Below the pieces are notes generated by a model. The model made no database searches. It had not been told where the DNA came from and was given only the letters and a program-made list of their open reading frames with translations. A DNA stretch of 64,000 bases from Eledone cirrhosa (Eukaryota), in contig OZ024742.1 in the NCBI GenBank assembly GCA_964016885.1, positions 45,384,001 to 45,448,000 of the forward strand, written 5' to 3'. Below are positions 13,401-25,400 of the stretch, in pieces (the stretch's first letter is position 1; each line of letters begins with the position of its first letter). The position numbers and the translations under genes are program-made.

Positions 13401-16400
13401 ACGTTAAACGATGATGATGATGATGATGAATTAAAAGGTATATGTGGGTTAGGACTTCACCAGAACAGCATGCCATCAATCCATGCAGTCCGTTGTCATC
13501 AGTTGTAAGGTTCAACATAAGTGATCTTCACTACATCACCCCATGTTTACTTGGTACTGATTCTTCTACAGGTCTCAACCAGCGATTTCTCTGCATTTTT
13601 TTATACAACTACCATCTTCTATACACATCACATGTCCATACCAGTAGTCTTCTCCAATGCACACTCCATCTAATTCTTATGCCAAGTTTTTCTCTCAATT
13701 CATTAATGCTGCCACTTTCATACACATTAACATTACACATCCACCAGAGCATACTCCATTTCTTTCTAACCTTTGCTGTCTAGAATTCCTCTTATGGATT
13801 ATAATCAACACGAGGTGGCAGAAGACAGAAGGTTGTCTTGAAAGCGTTTCCAGTTTTCCTGTTATAAAACTGTTTTGTCATCTTCCTTGTCATAAATCTC
13901 AGCAAAAATGTCTAAGGGTGCTAGATCTATGCCTCCATATTTTTCTTCAAGTTTGTGTCATGCTCTTACTCTACAGTCACTAACCACCAGTCTATGCTTG
14001 GTGGTGCATTTTTCACTGAGGAATGCTTATATCATTTTATATCATGATAAAAATAAAGTTGATTTGGCTTGCATGTCCTCATGTACCCTTTCCATACACA
14101 TGCACACGTGTATATCATGACTCATGCACTGTTCATTTTCCTGACGTTTGTACATTACCCTATGTACTATACATACACTTTTTGATGAGTTGTAGTGCAC
14201 CTGAGCACTGTACACAATATTTCATTATTATTATTATTAATAGAGCATGTGAATTGGCAGATTCGGTAGAGGGTCGGACGCCATGCTTTGACGCATAGAG
14301 TTACGGCCCTTGCCATTCTGAGTTCAAATCCCGCCGAGGTTAACTTTGCCTTTCATCCTTATGGGGTCGATAAAATAAAGTACCAGTAATACACTGGGTT
14401 ATTGCTGGCCTTGTGCCAAAAGTAGAAACAATTATTATTATTATTAATAGATGAAGTGAACAGTCAGGTCATTTGATCACAGAGCTCCAGGAACTTTGAT
14501 TCTTCATTTCTCACACTAACCCTGTAGCCTCCATGGTATATATCGTGGTGCTGTCTTATATGACCATAATATAATGAGGTCACAGTCATTTGTCATTGAA
14601 ATAGTATATAATAGGACCTCGTAGAACTGGTTTTTCCAATCATCTGCATGACCATTTATGGAACCTTTGCAGAAATGATAGTCACAGTTGTATTTATGTA
14701 TGTGTAAGTAAACTTATCTCAATTTGCAGTTCAGTATGTGTGAGAACTTATTTCAATTTGTAGTTTTCTTCAAATATTAATTCCACTAGCAGAAAATCAC
14801 CCTTTGGGTGGTTTTCTGCTAGCATGATGATGCATACGCCAAATAAAATCATAATTGACAATATGCACAGAAATTGAAGAGGCTGTTACACTCTTCTGTA
14901 ATCAGTAAAGTAATCCCATGATACATTTAAAAAAGACGATATATATAAACTGAATTATAACGAAATGTAATGAAAATGGAGAAAATTAGTGATGGAAATA
15001 TAAATGTTATATATGTGATCTAGCATACGAACGCTAACCAGAAGTGTTGACATTTGAAAATTTTAAAAGAAGTGAATCTTAAAATAAGCAATCATTATAT
15101 ATAAGAATATTTATGTTTAATTAAGTGCTATGAAATTTAGTAGATAAATTACATAATATTCATTTATGATTTATTCAAAGTAATGAATATGAATCCGCAA
15201 GCTACCAAGCACCCATGTGAAGCCCCAATCCAGAGAGAGGAATCACACACACCCCCCCAGCAAAAATCGACCCTTCCCTACGAGTGTTGACAAATGCCCA
15301 AAACTCCGAGTTGGTACCATCAATGTAAGCACAATGAAAGGAAGAGCAGGAGAAATCGTAGAAATGCTAGAGCGAAAGGAAATTGATGTATGCTGTGTGC
15401 AAGAGACTAGATGGAGAGGAGAGTCTGCTAGAGTCCTCGTAGGAAAAAGTCAGTGCTACAAATTGTTCTGGGTGGGAAATGACGATGGGATGGGTGGTGT
15501 AGGTATACTACTAGCTGACAAGTGGGTAGATAAAGTAATCTCAGTGTACAGGGTAAATGCAAGAATCATTAAACTCAGGCTAGTCCTGAATAAAACAATT
15601 TCAACAATAATATCAGCTTATGCACACCAATCGGGGTTGCCAGACGAACTTAAGGATAGATTTTACGAGTCCCTAATGCACACTACTGCTCTAATAAACG
15701 ACAATGACTTCCTAATCATCGCAGGAGATTTTAACGGACACGTAGGTAAACACTGTGACGGCTTCAATAGAGTCCATGGGGTTGGCACAAGAAATGAAGA
15801 AGGATTCAGACTTATAGAGTTCTGCGATGTCAATGACATGTCGATATGTAACACAAACTTCAAAAAACCCGACAACCACCTGATCACCTATAGATCAGGG
15901 GAGCATTCTAGTCAGATAGATTTTATCCTCATCAGAGCACGTGACAGATGGACGGTCGTAAACACAAAAGCCTTCTCTAGTGAGGAATGTACCTCCCAAC
16001 ATAGCTTAGTCGTCAGCGACTTCACGGTCAGAACTAGACGAACCTGGAAACAGAGGCCAACCTGGAGAAGAAAGATCTGGAAGCTGAAAGACCCCTCAGC
16101 CAGTAACAGATTTAAAGATATTTTACTCAACGCCTACGACAGTAGAGAAGAACAGATAGCGACATTCAATGTAGAAGAGCACAGAGTTCCTAAAAAATAA
16201 CTTACTAGAGGCGACGGATGAGGTCTGTGGCTGAAAGTAATACCACAAGCAGGAGAAGAGTGACTTGGTGGTGGAACAATAAGGTAGATAAGGCAGTTAA
16301 GGCCAAGAGACAGGCATGGAAAGAATGGAAGAACGGGGGGAGCAGGGTACATTACAGAGACCAAGAGGGAAGCTAGGCGACAAGTATGCTTAGCTAGGAG

Positions 16401-19400
16401 GGAAGCAGAGGATAGAAAATTCAAGCATGTTTTGCAATGTGAGGACCAGAAACAGGAAGTGTTCAAGATTGCGAGGCAGTGTGTCAGAGAGAATTGTAAT
16501 GTCATTGGAGAGAAGTGTATCCGGAATGATAAAGGAGAATGCATGGGAAGAAGAGACCCTACCCCAAGTAGACCCTATAGAAGGGCCAGCAGTACAAGTC
16601 AGCAGCAGCGTAGTAAGTAAGGAAATCAAAGATATGAAGATGGGGAAGGCAACCGGTCCATCGGGTATAGCTGCCAAGATGCTGAAGGCATCTGGGTTTG
16701 TAGGTCACACTATAACCACACGTATTGTTAACCAGGTAATACTAGAAGGTATCATACCAAAAGATTGGTGCAGTAGCATCATTGTCAACTGCTACAAAGG
16801 TAAAGGTGATGCACTCGATAGAGGAAACTATAGAGGTGTAAAGCTGATGGACCAGGTCATGAAAGTAACAAAGAGTTATAGCACAGTTGATTAGGGACCG
16901 GGTGAAACTAGATGAGATGCAATTTGGGTTTGTACCAGGAAGAGGAACCACTGATGCCCTCTTCCTTGTGAGGCAGTTACAGGAAAAGTACCTAGCTAAA
17001 AGTAAGCCACTCTACCTGGCATTTGTCGACCTTGAGAAAGCCTTTGACAGAATGCCACGTGCTGTAATCTGGTGGGCTCTTAGAAAACTAGCAGTAGATG
17101 AATGGCTTGTGAAAGCTGTACAAGCCATGTATAGGGGAGCAGTCAGCAAAGTTAGGATTAGCAATGAGTATAGCGAGGAATTTAGCGTACAGGTTGGTGT
17201 CCACCAGGGTTCTGTTCTTAGCCCTCTCCTCTTCATCATAGTCCTGCAGGCAATAACGGAGGAGTTTAAGACCGGATGCCCATGGGAACTCCTGTATGCT
17301 GATGACCTCGCACTCATAGCTGAATCTATAGTAGAACTAGAGAAGAAATTCCAAACTTGGAAGCAGGGACTAGAAAGAAAGGGTCTCAAAGTCAACATGA
17401 CAAAGACTAAGGTCCTTGTAAGTAGATGAGAAAACAGAACCCAGATCCCCTCGGGGAAATGGCCTTGCTCAGTATGTAGGAAAGGTGTAGGTAGGAACTC
17501 CATTCTCTGCCCCAAATGCAAACAATGGGTACACAAGAGATGTAGCGGGATCTCAGGAAGCTTAATTAAGAATGTAGGCTTCACATGCAGCAGCTGTACT
17601 GGGACAGCAAGCAGCAAACAGCCACAGGAAACAAGTACCACCAATCTCTGGGAGGGCTCTGTAGAGACAGTAGACAGCTTCTGCTACCTAGGTGACCGAA
17701 TTAGCAGCGGAGGTGGGTGTTCAGAAAGTACAATAACTAGGGTAAGAAAGGGATGGAAGAAGTTCAGGGAACTACTGCCACTGCTAGCTGCAAAAGGCTT
17801 CTCCCTCAAAATGAAAGGTAGACTGTATGATGCGTGTATCCGAACAGCAATGTTACATGGTAGTGAGACCTGGGCGCTGAAGGTGGAAGACTTACATAGA
17901 TTAGAGAGAAACGAAGCCTGCATGCTCCGATGGATGTGTAATAGTATATACACGAACGACAAAGCATAAATGAATTGAGAGAGAGACTGAGCATAAGAGG
18001 AATCAAATGCTGTGTGCAGGAGAGGAGGTTGCGTTGGTATGGACACATATGAAGGATGACAGCTGCATAAAAAGGTGCCGAGCACTAGAAATCCATGGAA
18101 ACCGTGAGTGGGGAGACCCAAGATGACCTGGGATGAGGTGATAAAAGCTGACTTTACCCAATTACACCTCTCCAACGCGATGACACACGACCGTGACCTC
18201 TGGCGTCACACAGTACCCGACCTCCCATGAGTACAAGCTGAAGCATATAGACAATATGCCCCCACACCCTCCCACTGCAAGGTGGTCGTGGAGGAGCCAC
18301 GGCAAAAAAGCACCCAGCCCACACTGTAACGTGGACGTGTAGGTGCCACGGAAAAAGCACCCAGCACTCACTGTAAATGAGGTTGGTGTTAGGAAGGGCA
18401 TCCAGCTGTAGAAATCAAGCCAAATCAGTTCCTGTATAAGCAAGGCATGGTCAGCCGACCAGACACTGCCCACAACAGGACAACCCGTCTAACCCATGCT
18501 AGCGTGGAAGAACGGACGTAAAACAGTGATGATGATGAATCCAACTTGTAACATGTTCAGAAAAAATATCCATGACAGTGTCGCAGTCCTCCAATCATTA
18601 CATATAAGATTCACTACATTTATATGCACTGAAGTTCAATTGAAAATTCAATAATCTCTACAATTCTCTATATTACAATTTTATTATACAAGAATTTCTC
18701 TATACCCCGACGCTATGTGCGTGTCTGTATATACATACATTTATATAAGTATATAAATATAAATGCGCAAAAAATACACTCAGACATACATTCACACAAA
18801 TACACACTCACAGCATAGTTTTTTTTACCATCCCCTTCCTTTTACACACACATTCCAGCAAGCATCAGATGTAAAGAGAAGAGTAGTATAAGGTAATCAA
18901 ACTACCCCTCTTTCTTTACATGTGACAGAATCATAGAAATTTATATATAGATATCTACTTGAATGTTGGCTAATAATTCATTTAATATGGTGATTTACAA
19001 TGGAAATCTAAATGACATTTTACAAAATTTACCTGTAATTTAAATAGTTTTAATACAAATGATGTGTTTGAAAGATCACATTCATTAAACAAAAAAGTTA
19101 ACTGTTTTATGAAACCAGTATAAATGCTTGATTTCAGAATTGAATTGAAACACACAGTACTTAATTAGAAATATAGCAAAATGGTTAAAAAAAATTAAGG
19201 AAACTGCCTAATATTACAAAGAAAAATACCTCCTATATAATCACAGTAAATTTTAAAAAGTCAACACTAGACATTTCCAAAAGATTTTTGTTTCCAAGAG
19301 ATAATACAAATATTTTAGATAACTTACTCTTTATAGCCATGTTTATCTAATATTGAAGTTTCAGATGTATGTGCAAATCTGAATTCAGAACTTAGAGAAT

Positions 19401-22400
19401 CAGCAACTTTCTGGAAAGTTTTTGACAATGCATTTTCACTAGAAAAGAAACCTAAATTAAAAGAATAAATAGATGTTTATATACATATATATAGCATAAA
19501 ATTGTAAGATTTACAAATATTCAAAATATACAACAATATGTTAAGTAAATGCACAGGACAGCACAAAGATATCCATAAGTATACATGGTATAAAAGCAAC
19601 AAGGGACAGAGGTCAGTAATTTTTATTTTGTCTCTGATATCTTCAATATTCTGTGCAGGATGTTCATGTTATGAGAGGGGCTGAGCTGTCAACTGATCCT
19701 ATCTAGTTATCTGCAACCTGAGACTACCCACAAAACTGATTCAGCTCAACGTAGAATATAAGCATTGGCTGATGAGGATAGAATCAGATATCCAGGTATT
19801 GCATAGTACTGTAACTCCTGATGGAGTCATAGGAGCGCCATATTGACAGTGTTCCTAGGTCATTTTGTTAAACCTGGCAGGGCCCATCTCTCCAGGTCTG
19901 AATGCAGCAGATTTCTTCCAAAGGATAGAGAGAGAGAATAAGAGAATGGAAGTGAAAAAAGGGTATAAAGGAAGAATCAACCCAAGTACTAGACTGGTAT
20001 TTTTTTTCATCAACCTCGAAAGAATGAAAGCAAAGTTGACTGGCAGGATTTGAGAGCAAAGAGTCAAACAAATGCTGCAAAGCATTCTGACGTTCTAGTG
20101 AGTGCCATTTCGCTGCATTCTATCCTGGTACTATTGCATCTAAATTCAGAGACCTCCCTGAACAAATTAAAGACATTGAAAAGACATGAAGACTGTTCTG
20201 CTTCAGCTGTTGCATGGAGCAGGTGAAAGTGGCTCAGTATGGCAAAAGGATCCCCGGTTCAATCAGGTTAAAGAAGGAAGCTTATAAACTTGGCTTTTCC
20301 TTTTTGCGTTCGCAATACAAATAGGCACAAAAATCATAGAGACAGTAAAGGCATCCAATGTTGAGACATGGGAGGACTTTGGGGTTAAGCCAGAATATCA
20401 CTTTAGATCAGCAAATAAAGTATTCTGATAAACCATCACAGTTCATTCTTCTCAAATTCAAATAGGTCCAACTAAATTTCAGTCACCCCATTATGAATTA
20501 AAATACACAACCTGTGGGTGATTAGGCTACAGTCTCCATCTTACCAAAGAGATGCTTGTTAAATTATACATTAATGTTTAAATATAGTTTTTACAAAGAT
20601 ATTCTCGGAAATAAAAATACCAATAGAAAGAATTCAAGTTACACCTCAGGATTAAATATTATCATACTTGCAGAATCAAATGAGTAAGGATACATCATTG
20701 GTGCAACATAATTAACAAAAGTCTAAAACAATCAATCTTTAATAACTCTCACCATCACTGTACCCCCATAGGCTAGAGTGGGCTCTTCAGTCAAGTTAAT
20801 GACCGACACTCTCCATGGCGCTGGTGCCACAAAAATGTGCCCAATACACCTTGTAAAATGGCGCATTAGGAAAGACATCCAGCTGTAGAAGATACACCAA
20901 AGGGTTAAAAGGGCTCTTCAGTTGTGTCCTTGACAACTTCATTAGTGTTGATACCACAATAAAATGCACCAAATGCACTCTAAAGTGATTAGTGTTAGGA
21001 AGGGCATGCAACTATAGAAAACTTGCCAATCAAAGGGTTGCATCAATGGGAACAACTTCCCTTCTGTTGCAGCCATGACAACATGTTTCCAGTACACTCT
21101 GAGATGTGACCCCTAACCCATTTGTGAGAACAGTAGCTCTGATTAAATAATGACTTGGACTGTGACAACCCATCTACTCTGTTAACATGATAATGATAGT
21201 ATAAACATATCCCTTACCAATTATTGAATAATCTTGACTCGATAAATATTTGTCTGCATCTTCAATACCGAGCAATGTTTTAGAAGAAGGACCTGCTTTA
21301 GACTTCATCAACTTGACAATACCATCTGTAACAAAAAAGTAAAAAATTAGAAAATTTCCCAGTAGAAAGCATTATTAAATTTGTTAAAGCATTTACAATT
21401 TTCAGATCAAACAAAATCAATATTTTTCTCAAATTAGCTTAATGAACGATGTGCTACTGTGAAAACAGCTATTCGGTATATTGGAACTCTCAGACATGTG
21501 GTATAGTCAAGAAGTTGCTTTTTTTTTTACTACATGGTTACAAGTTCTATATCACTGCATGACACTTTGAATCTATGAGTGAGTGAAAATAGTAGAGGGA
21601 AACTATACTGTGTGTGTAGGTGTCCATATGTATGCATCTCATCACTTCATATTTGATATAAGTGCAAGCAGTTGTTTGTTTATGTTCCCCATAAATAGAA
21701 GTCAACAGTTAAACATGCTAAGATCTTGTACCTTACTGTACAAGATGATGATTGCAAGCACGAACAAAATGCCTGGATAGTTAAAAGAATATAATAGTTC
21801 AAGATCCAAATTAAGTGTGTTGACATCACAAATGAGTGATGAGACAATCCAAACAAAGATATTCAAAGTGTAGTAAAAATATAGAGTGTATCAAATGTAT
21901 ACATTATTAAATATCCTGTTTCTGGTAAGACAAGAGAAGTACTTGGCAGCATATTCTACATTGATTTGTTAACCTATAAGAACTATCTATTTTGGGAAGT
22001 ACAAAGTTTGGTAAGGTATTGTATTACATCAATAGTTTCTTTAAAAAAAGTTTCACATTTGATCTATACAATGTTTCCTATTTTGTTGTGTATTCTAGTT
22101 TTTAGAATAGGTATGGCACATTCCTGCATGTCATAAGAAGCAACTAAAAGTGTTGGCATCAACATTACCTCAAGAATGTCTCATCTAGCACATGCCAACA
22201 TGGAAAAACATGTGAAAATCAAAGGTTAACCTTTATTTTTAAATAGTGGTGGGTGAACATAAAACTATTCAAAAATAATGTCAATATTTAAAAGCTTACC
22301 TCCAAAGTGAAATTAATAGTCTAAAATATCTACTCAAATTGACAAGAATGTTTGAGTATAATTGACTTTGAATAGGTATGCTGTATCCCCCCATTTCAAA

Positions 22401-25400
22401 AGGAGCAACTAAAAGGGTTGGTGCCAAAAAGGCATCTGGTCATAAAATATTGCCACAAAATGGACCCAAAGAATACAGCTGATCATAGGGATTGCATAAC
22501 TAACCCCTCCTTTAGTAAGAAAATAGGTGGAAAGGAACTAGTTTGTAGATTGAGACAAGACCATCTTTCATTGGACATTAGATATAGGAATTAAATTAGT
22601 GCTATACAATACACCCAACTCCCTGGTATAATAAACAACAACAGTGTGGAAGCTCGGCTACACCAATAACATCTGATAAAAATTAATTTTACCTGCTTCA
22701 CGTGGTCCATTATATTCTTCAGAAAATTCTCCTTTGCGGAAAATTTTTAAAGTAGGGTACCCTGATACCCCATACTCTTGGCAGATATTTGTCTCAGCAG
22801 TACAATCAACCTAGAAAATGATACAAGAACTGATTCAACTAGTAGGTTTGAATTTTTTATTATTTTCCTTCAACTTTTGTTCTAACTATTCTATATATTG
22901 AATATCAATGTCAATATTGGATGCTTAAGATATAATAGGTAGAGGCATGACTGATTAAGAAGTTCGCTTTGTATTCTATCCTGTTACATTGGTTCTTGGG
23001 CAAGTGTTTATTTTAGCCTTGGACAAATATGGGAGGCAGGAACTATAAGGAAGTCTGATGTATGTCAAATGGTGGTGATGACTTGCTGTTCCAAACTATA
23101 TTCCATGCAGCTCAGCAGTTCAACATGTGAAGACCACTACCCATTCATTGCTTTGTTTCTAAAGTCTTATTTTCCAATAATTTTGAAAATAAAAGATTGA
23201 GGGATTTAGTAAAATAAATTGTTTGTGTTTAAAGTATAACAAAGATTCTTAAAATTCAATGGAGGGCTTTGAACAACTTTTTATCATAGATCGGGGGCAG
23301 TTTGGTATCAAAAGAGTTAAAAAAACAAGGGTTGGTGTTAGCAATTACATCTGGCCATAAGATATTCCTTAAAAATTTAGGCTCATAAGGAAATGTTAAC
23401 ATAAAAACGATTCCATAACTAAAAAAAAGTTTTCTGAAATGGCCATATTTTTAATGAAATTCATTTGAAAGTCTAAAATGTTAAAGGATTTACCAAAATT
23501 TACTTTTTCATTATTAAGTTCATATTCACATAACTTGTGAAACTATTTTTACGTCTATTTCACCACGTTAGCATGAGTTGGACAAGACTTTTTAAGGCAT
23601 AATTCTACAAATAAATGCCTTTCCTCACTATAAGGTATATATATTAACAATGACACTTTCTCTGTGCACGAGACAAACATAACCAGTGATGTTAAATCAG
23701 TTTTCATCCTCCAAATTCACTCACCAGACATTGAACCTAAACCTATCTTCCATAAAATTATAGGATTTTAACACTTAAAATGATATTTTATCATAAAAAA
23801 GATTTTGTATCATGGAAATAAGAGGTAATTTCTCAGGCAATAAAATCAAGAATGTTAACTAAACTTGACAATTTAAGAAACTTACTTTTACTAATGGCAC
23901 AGGTGGGTCATTATTCTTTAGTGTTGTTGCTGCTTTTTCATATTCAGGGGCCAACCTCTTGCAATGTCCACACCTTTAAAAAAAATAAAGACATGAACCT
24001 ATGAGTTAAAAATGATAAATACATCAGACATAACTAATCTATTCTATACTCAAAGCTGCTCCAAATTATTTTTTTCTAAGGGCATTTTCCATCTTATTCT
24101 TACTTCCTCATGCACTCACATTTCAACTTTGCGTTTCATACTCGCAAGGTTGAAAAAGTACCAGTCTAGTGAGGTGGATTGCTTGATCAGGAGGTAGAAA
24201 CGCTGTACATAATCTAAATATTGGGTACACAAGGTGTAGTGGGATAGCATGAAGACTAACAGCAGCAAGGTAGACTTTGTATATAATAGATACACAAAGA
24301 AAGTTAAAATAAATTTTTTCCAGTCCCAGGAAGGATCCATAAAAATGGCTGATAGCTTCTGTATTCTAGATCGAATTAGAAATAGAGGAGGTTGCTTTGA
24401 GAGTATAGTAGCTAGAAGAACAGGATGGAAGTTTAGGGATTTTCCTTCTCTTAAAAGATAAGCTCTATGAAGCCAGTGTGATGTATGATGTTGCATAGCA
24501 GTGAGACATGGGTAATGAAGGCTGGAGAGAAATGGAACAAGCATGCTTCAATGGATGTGAAATGTTAATATACGTGAATGACAAAGCATAGGTGAACTGA
24601 GGGAAAAGCTGGGTATAATAGGAATCAATTGCAGTGTGCATGAAAGATTGCACTGGTATGTGATGCGTATGGATGATGATCATTGGATGGAAAAATTCCA
24701 AGAAATTCAAGTGGAAAGAAGCTGCAGCAGAGGGAGGTCAAGGAAAACCTGGTCGAAAGTTGTGAGCTGATCTCAAACTACTAAAGCTCGCAGAGATGAC
24801 GAAGGGCCGCGATGAGCGGAGAGATGTCCCAGAAAAAACTCATGCAACCCATGCAAGCACAGAAAAGCCAAATAAAAAGATATGCACACACATGGTCTAT
24901 GAGTGCATCTCAGAAGTGTACTTGAAGTACAAGGAAACAAAAGAATCTATGAAAGCCCCAAATAAAATTCCTCTCAAATGAGCTGTCCGCACCCCCAAGG
25001 CTAATCCTTCTAAACATATCTAATACGAGTCAATGAGGAAGCCATCACAGTCATTCAACCTGCTAAAAATAATTATCTTTAAAAAAATAATTATCTAGGG
25101 GGGGAAAAAAAAAAAAGAAAAAAAAAAAAAAAAAAAATCACACTTTGCTGTCTTAACGAAATGGATTAGTGAAGGTTAGAATGTCTGGTCAGGACTGACA
25201 GGGAAAAAAAAACTGCCACATGTCTAAAATTGATCCCATTTTAAATCGGATATAAGATAGTTAAGGTTGATTAGTCACGCTATATAATGTTGCTTACTCG
25301 TGATAAAACCTGACTTAAAAAGAAAAGAAATTACGAGAATATGTGCACGATTTGATTTTAAAATTTTAATTAAATCTCAAATAATTTAACATGCTAAGTG

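Noticed and set aside
14245-14340. tRNA gene
   Set aside because: A/B boxes are present but there is no cloverleaf and the sequence continues into a SINE body.
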